Part shown: piece after piece, positions 11,010 through 22,030 of the stretch | How positions within the stretch are numbered: position 1 is the first letter of the stretch | How the letters are laid out: every line of letters begins with the position of its first letter | DNA from: an uncultured delta proteobacterium | GTDB lineage: Bacteria; Desulfobacterota; Binatia; UBA9968 | Assembly (NCBI GenBank): GCA_963728565.1 | Contig: CAVSLC010000028.1 | Span: 32,001 to 96,000 of the forward strand | Length of the DNA: 64,000 nucleotides | Direction of reading: 5' to 3' | Made by a program: the position numbers and the translations under genes | Notes under the pieces: generated by a model | Told to the model about the DNA's origin: nothing | Database searches by the model: none | What the model saw: the letters and a program-made list of their open reading frames with translations, nothing else

Positions 11010-11162
11010 AGGGGACCTCCTTGTGATGGATACCGAACTTACCAATGGTGATAGCTGAAAGGCAAGACTTGCTTTTCCAGTTCTTGTAGTTGAGCCCGTT
11101 GTGTCTCCCAGTCTCCAGTCTCTTAGTCTCTTGTTTTTCCGTCTCGCTGTCTCCCGTCCGCC

Positions 11163-12140
11163 TTATCTCCTACGCAGCTCCGCCCTTGCTTCGCGGAGCA
11201 TCGAAAGATCGACTAGACGGTCTACGGGAATTTCGGCGGCAATGCCGGACTCCTGCCTGATTTTATCGAGGATGGACTTCAATACCGGCTCTTCAATGTC
11301 ACCGTCGGCATTCAACACTTGTTTGATCTGCCGGTAACTGTCCGCCGCCACGTTTTGCTCCAGACCAAATTCCTTCTGTATAAATGGAATAACCTCGGCG
11401 TCATTCTTGAGAATCATCTCGTTGCTACGCAAGACAGCGCGCAACACAGCCTTGATCTGCTCGCGATGATTCTGGATGTGGCTCATTCTTCCCACCAGCC
11501 CTCCTTGCACATCGCGCACATCGAAGGTATCGCCGAGATCGACGTAGCCGGCCAAGGTTGCCATGGAAGTATATGGCGCCGTGAGAATCACCGCATCCGC
11601 CGCTTTGCCGGTCAGTGCCGCATAGCTGTTGGCAGTGGTATTGGTGGCTATGTAATTGATCTTGTCACCGGGACCATCGCGGCCGAGCCGTTTCAACACC
11701 GTTTGCGCGCCATAGTGCGCCAGCGAGCCGATGCCGCTGACGGCAACATTTCTAATCTTCGCCGGCGTCATTCCCGGCTGGCCGATCAGACTGAAACTCA
11801 ATCGGGTTTGGATGAATATCAATGCCCTGACCGGCAGTCCTTTCATCGCCGCGCGCAGCGACACTCCGGTCGAGCCCGTGTAATCAACTTCACCCGCAGC
11901 TAAGGCAGTCACGCCGATGGGCGGCCTCATGATGATGACTTCCAGGTCGAGCCCTTCTTTTTCAAAGAGCCCTTTTGACTTGCCGAAATAATAGGGAAGA
12001 TAGGTCAAGGCCTTGGCGGCCACCGTGAGCCTGACTTTTTCCAAGGGCTTCTTGGTTTGTTGCTGGGCGCGCGCTGAATCCGGAATTGCAAGAATCACGG
12101 CGAGCAGTAAGATACTCACCAGGGTCATGGTTGGTTTCAT
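11163..12140 (-). CDS. NMT1/SsuA-type ABC substrate-binding protein
   Basis: Signal peptide; KGLFEKEGLDLEV, ALAAGEVD. Confidence 0.85.
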   Translation of the reverse strand: MKPTMTLVSILLLAVILAIPDSARAQQQTKKPLEKVRLTVAAKALTYLPYYFGKSKGLFEKEGLDLEVIIMRPPIGVTALAAGEVDYTGSTGVSLRAAMKGLPVRALIFIQTRLSFSLIGQPGMTPAKIRNVAVSGIGSLAHYGAQTVLKRLGRDGPGDKINYIATNTTANSYAALTGKAADAVILTAPYTSMATLAGYVDLGDTFDVRDVQGGLVGRMSHIQNHREQIKAVLRAVLRSNEMILKNDAEVIPFIQKEFGLEQNVAADSYRQIKQVLNADGDIEEPVLKSILDKIRQESGIAAEIPVDRLVDLSMLREARAELRRR

Positions 12141-12168
12141 GAACTCTTCTCCGAGACTAAAAAGTTTT

Positions 12169-13587
12169 TCATTTCTTACCCGCCAAACTGGCGCCGAACT
12201 TCTCGAGCATCTTCTTCTTCAGCTCCGGACTGGCGCCCGACACTTTCGGGAATTCATGGATCCACTCATACGGACGACAGGCATCGATGATGCCGCGGGA
12301 TTGAAAGCCGCGCTCCTCCGGCGGAATGATCGGATCGATCGGATTGCTCCAGCAACGGCGCATGATATCGATATCTTTGATCGGATCGGTTCTGGTGCAT
12401 AGCGCCCAAAGCAGTTCGTTGCTGTCCCAAATATCGATGTCGTCGTCGACCACGACAACGTAACGGGTGAGCAGCGCCGCCGCCCGGCATTGCGCCGCGA
12501 TCAACGCCGCTTGCTTGGCATGGCCGGGATAGCGCTGCTTGATGGCAACCACAACCAGCATGCGGGTTTGGTAGTACGCCACTCCTCTGATATCGGGCAC
12601 CCCGGCTTTGTCGAGGTAGTTCCAGATGTAAGCCGCACGGATCAGATTGCTCTCGGCTCCGGGCGCGGGGCGAAACGGCGGCGCTCCTGTGATGATCGGA
12701 TCATCGCGATACATCAATCGCCTCACCTTGAGCATTGGCTCGGAACGGAGGCCGCCCGCATAATAGCCGGTGAATTCGCCGAACGGCCCCTCCGGTATTT
12801 TGGTGCCAGGGATGACTTCGCCTTCAATGGCGACTTCCGAATAGGCCGGGATCGGCAGCCGCGTGTTCTTGCCGAGAATTACTTCGAATGCCTCGCCGCG
12901 CACACCGCCGGCATAATCGTACTCCGACTCTCCGGCCGGAACGTCCATCTGACCGAAGAACCATAGCAACGGATCCGGTCCGAAACTAATCGCCACCGGA
13001 AATGGCTGTCCGCGGTCGAAAAATTTTTGCCGGTGAATGTTGCCGTGGTGCCCCGGCGACATGTAAAGCGCCAGCGTATTCTTGTCGTGCACCATAACAC
13101 GGTAGCAGCCCAAGTTGATCCAGCCTTCCTCGAGATCGCGGCTGATGGTGACATCCAACGTGCCCAGATAGCGGCCGCCGTCGCCTTCATGCCAGAAGGG
13201 CGCGGGCAATGAGAACAGATCGATATCGCCGCCTTCGAAAACATTTTCCAGGAGCGGTCCCGAATCCACAACCCGCGGGGGAATCAAACTCGGCTGGTCG
13301 AGCCGCTCTTTCCACGCGGCAATAAATTGATCGCGCGTGTAGTCGAGCGGCAGGTGATTAGTCAGGCACTGCCGCTTCAAGGTCGGATTGTGAATCCCCG
13401 TGAGCACGCGGCGTCCGGCGGGATAGCCGATGATTTTATCAAAAAGCACCGCCGGCGGCGTTTCTGAACGGGCCGCCACTTCGGCCACCGCGCCGATTTC
13501 TTGGTTCCAGTCTGCGCCTTCCACCACTCTAAGCTCGCCGAACGAGTCCACACCCTGTAACCAGCCGCGCAAATCGCGATAATGCAT
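12169..13587 (-). CDS. UbiD-family (prFMN-dependent) decarboxylase
   Basis: DLRGWL, NLGCYRVMV, EGPFGEFTGYY, VVVDDDID motifs; no ubiX seen in window. Confidence 0.93.
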   Translation of the reverse strand: MHYRDLRGWLQGVDSFGELRVVEGADWNQEIGAVAEVAARSETPPAVLFDKIIGYPAGRRVLTGIHNPTLKRQCLTNHLPLDYTRDQFIAAWKERLDQPSLIPPRVVDSGPLLENVFEGGDIDLFSLPAPFWHEGDGGRYLGTLDVTISRDLEEGWINLGCYRVMVHDKNTLALYMSPGHHGNIHRQKFFDRGQPFPVAISFGPDPLLWFFGQMDVPAGESEYDYAGGVRGEAFEVILGKNTRLPIPAYSEVAIEGEVIPGTKIPEGPFGEFTGYYAGGLRSEPMLKVRRLMYRDDPIITGAPPFRPAPGAESNLIRAAYIWNYLDKAGVPDIRGVAYYQTRMLVVVAIKQRYPGHAKQAALIAAQCRAAALLTRYVVVVDDDIDIWDSNELLWALCTRTDPIKDIDIMRRCWSNPIDPIIPPEERGFQSRGIIDACRPYEWIHEFPKVSGASPELKKKMLEKFGASLAGKK

Positions 13588-13745
13588 TTACCCCTCCTGT
13601 GAAGTTGGCGACGATCTTAGAACGGACTGGACGCCGCTACAACCGAGCAAGGTCATCCCACTTCACAGCAAAGCGCGGATTGTCTATGTTCTAATTAATT
13701 AACAGCCGGCGCCAGCCGTGCAGTGCTGCATGAAAGGAGAATCCC

Positions 13746-15023
13746 ATGCCGCTTAAAAGTCTATTTCGCATAAGCCTTGCGTCGATATCGATGTTGATCC
13801 TTTCATGTTCGAGCGAAACTCGCTCCCAATTTTCTACAAATCACTACGCGCCCGGCACCGGACCGGCGGATAAGCTGCAGTTGCCGGCTCCGTTTGCCAG
13901 TCCTTCCGTTCGCAATACCTCGAAAGTGATCGGCTGGCCTGCTGGCAAAATGCCGGCTGCCGCGCCTGGTTTTACTGTTAGCCTGTTTGCCGAGGGGCTT
14001 AATAATCCGCGCGAGGCTTATGTGCTGCCCAACAAAGACATTCTCGTCGTCGAAGCGGTTCGCGTATTCCCCGATCGCCCGGCCAAGTCGGCAAACCAAA
14101 TCACCCTTTTCCGTGACACGGATGGTGACGGCAAGCCGGAAGTTCGTGAAGTTTTCTTGACCGGCTTGAATATGCCGCACGGCATGCTGCTGCTGGGTGA
14201 GTGGTTCTACGTCGGCAACACCGACGGAGTGGTGCGCTACCCCTACCGCGCCGGCCAAACCAAGATTGACGCACCAGGCGAGAAGATCCTCGATCTACCC
14301 GCCGGTGGACACTACACGCGCCACTTGATCGCCGATCCCGCCGGCAAAAAGATTTATGTCGCGGTGGGCTCCGGCTCCAACGTCGATGAAGACGGCAGAG
14401 ACGCCAAAGATCCACGCCGAGCGGCGATCTTGGAGATGAATCCCAGTGGTAGCGGCATGCGCGTTTACGCCAGCGGCCTGCGCAATCCGGTGGGAATGGA
14501 TTGGGAGCCGAAAACTAAAACACTGTGGACCGTGGTCAACGAGCGCGATCTCTTGGGCGACGACCTGGTTCCCGACTATCTCACCAGCGTCCAACCCGGC
14601 GCTTTTTACGGCTGGCCCTATTCTTACTTTGGCCAACACGAAGACCCGCGCAAGAAAGGTCAGCGACCCGACCTGGTTGCCAAAGCGGTGAAACCCGACT
14701 ACGCCTTGGGCGCCCACGTTGCCGCGCTTGGATTAGCTTTCTATGATGGCAAGTCTTTCCCCGCGCGTTATCACGGCGGCGCGTTCATCGGCATGCACGG
14801 CTCATGGAACCGCTCGAAGATGGTCGGCTACAAAGTCGCGTTTGTCCCGTTCGAGAACGGCAAGCCCGCCGGTCCGATGGAGGATATCCTCACGGGCTTC
14901 ATTGCGGATGAAAGCAAGTTCGAAGCTTACGGCCGCCCGGTCGGCGTCACCGTAGCTCCCGATGGCTCACTGTTGGTTGCCGACGATGCCGGCGGAAAGG
15001 TGTGGCGCGTTAGCGCCAAATGA
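13746..15023 (+). CDS. Glucose/sorbosone dehydrogenase family (beta-propeller) protein
   Basis: GLRNPVG, VNERDLLGDDLVPDY, HGSWNRS, GRPVGV motifs; lipoprotein-like signal. Confidence 0.9.
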   Translation: MPLKSLFRISLASISMLILSCSSETRSQFSTNHYAPGTGPADKLQLPAPFASPSVRNTSKVIGWPAGKMPAAAPGFTVSLFAEGLNNPREAYVLPNKDILVVEAVRVFPDRPAKSANQITLFRDTDGDGKPEVREVFLTGLNMPHGMLLLGEWFYVGNTDGVVRYPYRAGQTKIDAPGEKILDLPAGGHYTRHLIADPAGKKIYVAVGSGSNVDEDGRDAKDPRRAAILEMNPSGSGMRVYASGLRNPVGMDWEPKTKTLWTVVNERDLLGDDLVPDYLTSVQPGAFYGWPYSYFGQHEDPRKKGQRPDLVAKAVKPDYALGAHVAALGLAFYDGKSFPARYHGGAFIGMHGSWNRSKMVGYKVAFVPFENGKPAGPMEDILTGFIADESKFEAYGRPVGVTVAPDGSLLVADDAGGKVWRVSAK

Positions 15024-15289
15024 ACCGGACTGCAAAATCGGAAGTGCTCCGCAACAGGGCTATCTTGTCAGAGCGTCTGGAGCGCGGCTATGACTCCGCC
15101 ACTATAGAAGTATGGAAAAGCCACCGATCAGAACGGACTTCATCGAACATGACTGCGGCTGTAGACGTTGGTACGAATCTGTAGTGGGGCGCCCGGTCGA
15201 AGAGTCAAGGGAAGTAGTCGAATACTGCGCTCTTCACGAGATCGAAAGCGACAGCTCGTGAAATAATCGGCTCGTGAATGGAGAGAAGG

Positions 15290-16384
15290 ATGAGCACAAA
15301 GTGCCGGGCGGCGATTCTGGTAGAGCCCAACCAGCCACTGATCATCGATGAAGTCGAGTTTCCGGATCTGGCACCGGACCAGGTCCTGGTCAAGCTTTTT
15401 GCCAGCGGCGTTTGTCATTCACAACTTCACACGATGCGCCGGCCGGCCCGATCGGCTGATCGCTTACCGGCGCTCTTGGGGCACGAATCTACTGGAGTTG
15501 TCGCTGCGCGCGGCCGCGACGTGCGCCACGTAAAAGAAGGCGATCACGTGGTCACGACGTGGGTGGATCGCGATAATTCCACGACCAATCAGCCGCTGGT
15601 GGCGCACGCACTCAACGATCGCGCTCAGTCGATTGCTTTCTGGAACGGCAAACAGGTATCGCATTCCGCCGCGACATGGGCGGAATACGCCTTGGCGCAA
15701 GAACGCATGGTGGTGAAATTGCCCCAAGATGTGCCCACCGACGTCACTGCCGTGATCGGCTGCGCCGTCATGACCGGCGCCGGAGCAATCGTCAACAACT
15801 TGTGCGTGAGACCGGGCCAATCGGTGGCCGTCTTTGGCGCCGGCGGCATTGGTCTTTGTGCTATCGCAGCGGCGGCTGCGGTCGATGCGAATCCTATCAT
15901 TGCCGTTGACGTGACCGAGGAAAAGCTCGCCTTTGCGCAACGCTTCGGCGCTACCTGCATAGTCAATGGCAAAGAGTTCGATCCGGTTGGCGCAATTCGG
16001 GAGCTCACCAACGGCGGCGTCGACTACGCCATCGACGCCATCGGTTTACCGCAAACCCAGGAGCAAATCCTGCGCGCAGCAAGAATGGGATATTCCGGTC
16101 TTAATCGTGGAGGCACCGCTTTGCTCATCGGCATCACGCCCCCTGGCACCCACGCGACCCTGGATACGAGCCTATTCATCGGCAGCCGAAGCTTCACCCG
16201 CACGAGCGGCGGAGACTGCCGGCCGGATCGCGACTTCCCGCTGTTCGTGCGCTGGTATCGCGAAGGCAAGCTGAAGTTAGATGAGCTGGTGACCCGGCGA
16301 TACAAACTGGAGCAAATCAATGACGCGGTTGACGATTTGGAGCACGGCCGAATCCTCGGCCGCGCGATTATTACCTACGCCTGA
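15290..16384 (+). CDS. Zinc-binding alcohol dehydrogenase (MDR family)
   Basis: GVCHSQLH, GHE, GCAVMTG, VFGAGGIG; structural-Zn Cys cluster absent. Confidence 0.9.
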   Translation: MSTKCRAAILVEPNQPLIIDEVEFPDLAPDQVLVKLFASGVCHSQLHTMRRPARSADRLPALLGHESTGVVAARGRDVRHVKEGDHVVTTWVDRDNSTTNQPLVAHALNDRAQSIAFWNGKQVSHSAATWAEYALAQERMVVKLPQDVPTDVTAVIGCAVMTGAGAIVNNLCVRPGQSVAVFGAGGIGLCAIAAAAAVDANPIIAVDVTEEKLAFAQRFGATCIVNGKEFDPVGAIRELTNGGVDYAIDAIGLPQTQEQILRAARMGYSGLNRGGTALLIGITPPGTHATLDTSLFIGSRSFTRTSGGDCRPDRDFPLFVRWYREGKLKLDELVTRRYKLEQINDAVDDLEHGRILGRAIITYA

Positions 16385-16459
16385 TTGGATCGCACCCACT
16401 CGAGGCCATGTCTTGATCCATACGATATTGCAGCGCCAAAGCCGACTCCAACATTACGA

Positions 16460-17014
16460 TCAACCTTCTTGCAGGATCGCTTCGGCGTCGATGGTGATCT
16501 CAACCATGTTGCCGACGACTACCCCGCCCCGGTCTAAAGCGCTGTTCCAGCTGACGCCGAAGTCGTGGCGATTGATCGCGATGGAGGCGGCAAAGCCCGC
16601 TCTGCTCTTCGGTCCCTTATCCACACCGTCTTCCCACCATGGAGTTTGCCACTGACCTAGATAATGGACGCGCAGCGGCACCGTGCGGGTGATACCCCGA
16701 ATCGTCAACTCGCCCGTGAGAACCGCTTCGTCCGCGCCGGCAAGTTCGACCTGCTTACCCGCGAAGGTAATCTTCGGATGTTTCTCTACGGCGAGAAAGT
16801 CCTCGCTCTTAAGGTGAGCGTCGCGCGCCGCTTCGCCTGTCCAGATTCCAGCAGCTTCGATCGTGACCTCGACCGAAGTCGCGGCCGGGTCCGCCGGATC
16901 GAAAACGAGCGTGCCGTGGATATCCTTGAAATGGCCGCGGACGAAAGTCACCATCATGTGACGCACAGAAAATCCCGCCGCCGTATGCCCCGGTTCGAAA
17001 AACCATTTGGCCAT
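16460..17014 (-). CDS. YceI family protein
   Basis: GFSVRHMMV, RDAHLKSEDF, GELTIRG, INRHDFGV. Confidence 0.92.
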   Translation of the reverse strand: MAKWFFEPGHTAAGFSVRHMMVTFVRGHFKDIHGTLVFDPADPAATSVEVTIEAAGIWTGEAARDAHLKSEDFLAVEKHPKITFAGKQVELAGADEAVLTGELTIRGITRTVPLRVHYLGQWQTPWWEDGVDKGPKSRAGFAASIAINRHDFGVSWNSALDRGGVVVGNMVEITIDAEAILQEG

Positions 17015-17043
17015 AGTCCGCTCCTTTTATCTGCGATCATTTA

Positions 17044-17085
17044 GTCGCACTCCGTTCAACAGTTCAACGGTTCAACCGTTCAACG
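17044..17085. repeat. Repeat family B: tandem 8-mers NGTTCAAC x4
   Basis: CGTTCAAC-AGTTCAAC-GGTTCAAC-CGTTCAAC; followed by a family-A end fragment at 17107-17129. Confidence 0.75.
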
Positions 17086-17201
17086 ACTCTTTTCGTCGAC
17101 GGAGGGTGAGCCTTTCTCAACAGCCTGCTCAGAACAGTCGCACCTTGTTCAGCTAGCACAGTCGTGTAATAGTCCGGCCATCACCCGGAGGAGCCGAAGG
17201 C

Positions 17202-17664
17202 ATGCAGAGCACAGCCGGAATGGCGCAGCATCAACGACCCCGCTTCGCTTACCTGCACCCTATCAGCCTACCGTGCCGCGACGTGGAAGAGTCAAAGCGA
17301 TTTTACACGCGGGTGTTGGGTGGGGAAGTCATCCATAAATGTTCCAGGATTCGCCGAGGTACGCATCGCCGACATCATTTTCGGCATCTCTCAGCAATCC
17401 GGCGGTTGGACGGGGCCAACCGTGGAGTACCCGCATTACGGGCTGAATGTCGACGGAAAGAACTTTGCGCTGGCGCGCCGTTGGCTTGAAGCATGCGGAG
17501 TGCGTCAGCACGGCTGGACGCGAAACTACAAAACTTCGCAGAGCAGAGATGTAGATAACCACATCGAGAGCAGGGTTCCCGCTGAGAACCGGCATCGAGA
17601 GAGGATCCGCAGGTTGGAGGTCTCACGATTGCCGGAACTGATTTTTTATAGGGAAGATTTATGA
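17202..17664 (+). pseudogene. VOC/glyoxalase family gene, frameshifted and apparently truncated
   Basis: ISLPCRDVEESKRFYTRVLGGEV continues in another frame as VPGFAEVRIADII...EYPHYG; C-terminal VOC motif missing. Confidence 0.65.
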
Positions 17665-17683
17665 TAACGATCGAGGAAACGGT

Positions 17684-18688
17684 ATGGCGTTTAGGAAAAA
17701 TCTGCTGGCTTTGAGCTTCGTTCTTGGCTGGATTGGTTGCGCGTCGGTCACGGTCGCCGGCGCCCAGCTCGACACCGTCACTATCGGGTTTTCTTCCTTT
17801 TCAGGATTTTACGGTCCGTTGTGGCTGGCGGTCGAAGATGGTCTGGGTAAAAAGTACGGAGTGGATCTAAGAGCCGTCTACGCAGGCAGAGTCCGTCCCC
17901 AGCAATTGCTTGCCAGCGGCGAGACTCCCTTGGTGATTGCCTCGGGAAGCGGCGCCATGACCTCGCACGTTCTCGGCGTGAAGGACCAGGTGATCGTCGC
18001 GCTGCTCTCCAACAAAATGGGCGGCGGCATATTCTCCAAAAGCGAAATCAAAAGACCCGAAGACCTGAAGGGCAAGCTGATTGCCACCGGACGCCCAGGT
18101 GCTCTTAACGATGTTCTGGTCCGTTACGTGTTGACGCGCAAATGGGGACTCTCTCCCGATCGAGATGTAAAGCTGATGCCGATTGGAGAGCCGCCGCTCA
18201 TGCTGCAAGCTTTGGAACGGGGCGTTGTCGATGCAACTTCGTTGTCGGTTCCAGCGAGCTTCCTGGCCAAGAGCAAGGGATTCTTCGAGCTGGTCAACTA
18301 TGACGCCCTCGGATTGACCTATCCGCAGCATGCTGTAACCACCCTCCGACCGACGATTGCGAAGAATCCACAGATGATCGACGGAGTTTTGAAGGCCCTC
18401 ATCGAGTCCGTTGCGATTTTTAAAAGCAACAAACAAAAGAGTTTCGCTGTCTGGCGGAAATACATGCGGGGCGCGAGCGAGGAGTTTCTCGAGGACACCT
18501 ACCAGCACACCATCGCGGGACTGGAGGAGGTGCCGACACCTTCCGGGCAAGTGATTGCCAGTGCGCTCGACATGATTTCGGCCCATTATCCTCAAGCAAA
18601 ACAAACCGACCCGAATCTCATCGTCGATCCATCGTTCGTCCGGCGAATCGACCAGAGCGGATTTATCGCCGCCCTGTATAAAAAATAA
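17684..18688 (+). CDS. NMT1/SsuA-type ABC substrate-binding protein
   Basis: Signal peptide; IKRPEDLKGK, LSPDRDV, ALERGVVDA. Confidence 0.88.
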   Translation: MAFRKNLLALSFVLGWIGCASVTVAGAQLDTVTIGFSSFSGFYGPLWLAVEDGLGKKYGVDLRAVYAGRVRPQQLLASGETPLVIASGSGAMTSHVLGVKDQVIVALLSNKMGGGIFSKSEIKRPEDLKGKLIATGRPGALNDVLVRYVLTRKWGLSPDRDVKLMPIGEPPLMLQALERGVVDATSLSVPASFLAKSKGFFELVNYDALGLTYPQHAVTTLRPTIAKNPQMIDGVLKALIESVAIFKSNKQKSFAVWRKYMRGASEEFLEDTYQHTIAGLEEVPTPSGQVIASALDMISAHYPQAKQTDPNLIVDPSFVRRIDQSGFIAALYKK

Positions 18689-18962
18689 TTCATACAAATC
18701 CGTGTCGATCCGCAAATAGGTCGCGCCAAGCTGCGCGCCCTGCGCGACGGCGCTGCGATCACGCGCAAAGACTTGGTGGGTTGATTTGGAAGTACCTGTG
18801 CGGGATTAACGAAACATGAATGCCTGGCCTAATGTTTGACATAGTCGGTGTTTTCTTACATGGAGTAGTTGCAGAGACGGGTCACGGGGGCCTCCGCAAG
18901 GCAAGGAAAGTTTTCCCGGATATTGATCCGGAATCATAAAACGGAGATCAAGGAGAAGTGAA

Positions 18963-20018
18963 ATGAATCAAAAGAACACTTTATCGAGGTCGATCGGATC
19001 CGCGACCTATATGTCGATGATCGCCTTGGTTCTCATTATCTGCGGTGCTTCTGCCGGTAAGCTCTTCGCGGCTGCTGCGGCGGATTCCTTCGATCAACTT
19101 TATGAGAAAGCAAAAAAGGAGGGAAAGATTACGCTCTATGCGCCACTATCCCCTAACGCAATGTCGGTGATTCCGCCTGCGTTCATGAAGCGCTTCCCCG
19201 GCGTGACCGTCGATCATATCGACGCCACGAGCGATAAGCTGATCGCACGAGTGCTCGCCGAGCAGAAGGGAGGACGCGTCATTGCCGACGTCATCAGCGG
19301 AGCGCTGAGCTATTTGCCACAGATCCTCGACCTTAAAATTGTCGAGCACGTCGTCATACCCGAGGCGGCGGCGTATCCGGCGCAGCTAAAAGGCGACCTT
19401 TGGGTTGCCACCGATATGCAATTCTACATTGCCGGATGGAACACCAATCTGGTCAAGAAAGGCGAGGAGCCAAAAGCCTACGAGGATCTCGCGAACCCTA
19501 AATGGAAAGATAGCATCATGGGCGAGCCGCGCGACTTCCAAGTGCTAGTCGGTTTTGCCAAACGAAAATACAACAGCGATGAAAAGGCGATCGATCTGTT
19601 TAGGAAAATCGCCGCCAATCAGGTGGAGTTTCATCGCGGGCATTCGCAGTTAACCGAGTTCCTCTTGGCCGGTCAGCGCGCCATCTGTTTTACTTGCTAC
19701 TCACACCATTTTCCTGCGCGCATAAAAAGAGGCGCCCCGATTCAACCGCTACTGACGGAAGGCGTGGGCGAAGTCGGCGGCTCCGTGATGGTAATGAAGG
19801 GAGCCCCGCATCCCAACGCCGCACTACTCTGGGTTCGCTGGGCCGTCAGTGAAGAAGGACAAAAGGTTTATGCTCAAGCGGGTGAGACTCCTGCTCATCC
19901 CAAAGTGGAACCTCTGGAAAAAATCCGGCCTACGACGCCTTACATGCTGACCATCGACGACGTCAGAGAGTTTCCGAGGTACGAGAAAACGTGGAAGGAA
20001 ATTTTTCAGATCCGTTGA
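18963..20018 (+). CDS. Extracellular solute-binding protein (Fe3+/polyamine/thiamine-type family)
   Basis: AKKEGKITLY, WNTNLV, DLANPKWK, APHPNAALL. Confidence 0.88.
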   Translation: MNQKNTLSRSIGSATYMSMIALVLIICGASAGKLFAAAAADSFDQLYEKAKKEGKITLYAPLSPNAMSVIPPAFMKRFPGVTVDHIDATSDKLIARVLAEQKGGRVIADVISGALSYLPQILDLKIVEHVVIPEAAAYPAQLKGDLWVATDMQFYIAGWNTNLVKKGEEPKAYEDLANPKWKDSIMGEPRDFQVLVGFAKRKYNSDEKAIDLFRKIAANQVEFHRGHSQLTEFLLAGQRAICFTCYSHHFPARIKRGAPIQPLLTEGVGEVGGSVMVMKGAPHPNAALLWVRWAVSEEGQKVYAQAGETPAHPKVEPLEKIRPTTPYMLTIDDVREFPRYEKTWKEIFQIR

Positions 20019-20120
20019 ATTTCCGGAGCGGTCTCCCAGAGAAGCGGCCGCGGCAACGTAAGGCACCACTACAATGAAACCTATCGCCGGCTTGCGCCAG
20101 ATACTACCCGACCTCTGGAG

Positions 20121-21110
20121 GTGGGCATGCTGCGCTTGACCTTGGCCGCGGGCCACTATGATCGGACAGAGGCGCTCCGCGACGGTCGGGTCCGGGCAGA
20201 GGGCATCGATTTGACCTACATCATGCTGCGCGTGGAAGAGATTTTCTGGCGCATGGCTCAGCACCGCGAGTTCGACGCCTCGGAGTTCTCGCTGGGCGGG
20301 TATGTAGTGCGCCGCGGTCGCGGCGCCGACGACCTCGTCGCAATCCCGGTTTTTCCGTCGCGCTTCTTCCGGCAGTCGTGCATCTTCGTCCACGAGGGCT
20401 CGGCAATCCGCAGCCCGGAGGACCTTCGTGGCAAGCGCGTTGGCGTACCCGAGTACCAGATGACCGCCGCGGTATGGGCGCGCGGCATCCTCGCAGACGA
20501 CTACGGGATGCGCGCGGCCGACGTTGAATGGGTGCAAGGCGGGCTCGAGGAGCCCGGTCGCCTTCCCTTTGAGCCCGCCGAGCCGCGGGGTGTTAACGTG
20601 GGCTTCGCGCCCGCGGACCGCTCGCTGGCACAGATGCTTGAGAGTGGAGAGATCGACGCGCTGATCACGGCAAGGACGCCCTCGACATTTCGGCGGGGTG
20701 GTACGGCGGTGCGGCGGCTCTTCGAGCACCCATTCGAGGTCGAGCGCGACTATTTCCGCCGGACCGGGATTTTTCCCATCATGCACACCTTGGTGGTCAA
20801 GAAAGAGGTCCTCGACGCCAACCCCTGGGTCGCGTTTACGCTGTTCAAGGCGTTGTCGGAAGCCAAGGAGCTGGCGATGGCCGACCTGACCCAGACAAGC
20901 GCGCTGCCACTCAGTCTACCGTTCCTGGTCGAGCACGCCTACCAGACCATGGACCTGATGGGCGAGGACTTCTGGCCCTACGGGCTTGAGAGCAATCGGC
21001 ACACCCTCGAAACGTTCGTGCGCTACATGCACGAGCAAGGACTCATTCCTGCGCCGATGTCGGTCGAAACCCTTTTCCCCGACAGCACGCAGCGGACGTT
21101 CAGGGTGTGA
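20121..21110 (+). CDS. 4,5-dihydroxyphthalate decarboxylase-like protein (Pht5/OphC family)
   Basis: YDRTEALRDG, FDASEFSL, AIPVFPSR, GVPEYQMTAAVW, TGIFPIMH, WPYGLESNR. Confidence 0.85.
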   Translation: MGMLRLTLAAGHYDRTEALRDGRVRAEGIDLTYIMLRVEEIFWRMAQHREFDASEFSLGGYVVRRGRGADDLVAIPVFPSRFFRQSCIFVHEGSAIRSPEDLRGKRVGVPEYQMTAAVWARGILADDYGMRAADVEWVQGGLEEPGRLPFEPAEPRGVNVGFAPADRSLAQMLESGEIDALITARTPSTFRRGGTAVRRLFEHPFEVERDYFRRTGIFPIMHTLVVKKEVLDANPWVAFTLFKALSEAKELAMADLTQTSALPLSLPFLVEHAYQTMDLMGEDFWPYGLESNRHTLETFVRYMHEQGLIPAPMSVETLFPDSTQRTFRV

Positions 21111-21362
21111 CGCGAAGCGAAAAGCCAATCGAGGTCCGGCTTTGAAGTCTCTACCTGGCAATTATTCCAGCCGCCGACGCTTGCGCTTAACCGATTGCGA
21201 TCACACTAAGCTTGCAGCTTTGCGCCGCTGCGAGTTGCCTTTCGTCCGCGCTGATAAACGGCAAGGGCGTGGTCAAAGAATCCTGGATGATTATGGCAAA
21301 CGCGACATGGATGGCATCAAGGATCCGAACATTTGCGGTCTTAACCATCTTTTCCGCTTTGC

Positions 21363-21616
21363 TCAAAATTTGTCGAACGACTTCGACAATTGCCAGTATG
21401 AACGATCCTTGGCGAGCCGGGAAACGAGCGAATTGTAATTTGGTTGGGTAATTTCACGTTGCCGCCGCCGAGGTTGCGCGGCGGAATGGAGCTCGATCGC
21501 GGTGATTGCTGATGAGAGAAACTCGTGGCTCGTAAGCAAGCCGCGAACTCGCGATGATCCGGCTTCGCGGATGTAGTTTTGACGAGAGCGCTGGTGTCGA
21601 AATAAGCCAGGCTCAC
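21363..21616 (-). pseudogene. VapC/PIN toxin, frameshifted and truncated
   Basis: MSLAYFDTSALVK then, after a shift, YIREAGSSRVRGLL...SAITAIEL; stops after about 85 codons; overlaps antitoxin stop. Confidence 0.75.
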
Positions 21617-21897
21617 CGCTGCTCGCGTTCTTCACTGATCATTTTCGAGATAGATTTGCCTTCGATAGTTACTGGGGCGCGCCACGCGGGCGTCGGCGTG
21701 CCGCTCTTGGGGCCACGCCTCAAGACTCCTTCAGTTTCCAGTTGGCGCAGGATGGAGTTCGTATCTTTCTCCGACTTTAGAGGCTTGATCACAGCGATGG
21801 GTTTGCCGCGTTCGGTCAAGACGACCTCTTTGCCCGCTTTAACGGCTTTAATCGCCTTGGAAAAACTCTGATTGGCTTCCCGTAATCCCATGCGCAT
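21613..21897 (-). CDS. Phd/YefM family antitoxin
   Basis: GLREANQSFSKAIKAVKAGKEVVLTERGKPIAVI. Confidence 0.88.
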   Translation of the reverse strand: MRMGLREANQSFSKAIKAVKAGKEVVLTERGKPIAVIKPLKSEKDTNSILRQLETEGVLRRGPKSGTPTPAWRAPVTIEGKSISKMISEEREQR

Positions 21898-22030
21898 GGC
21901 CGCCCTCAGTCGTAAGTAGTGATGTAACTACAATAATGGGGTCGGGCAAAATCGTCAAACAATGGATGGCGTTCACGGTGGTTGAGGCGTTCTCTGAAGC
22001 AAAGCATTCGGCGATGGCCGAGCTGACGTA

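Noticed and set aside
11101-11160. GTCTC-rich periodic tract (similar at 10510-10545)
   Set aside because: Low-complexity spacer with no interpretable structure.
18840-18962. Riboswitch upstream of an SBP gene
   Set aside because: Some pairing is possible but no known aptamer consensus was recognised.
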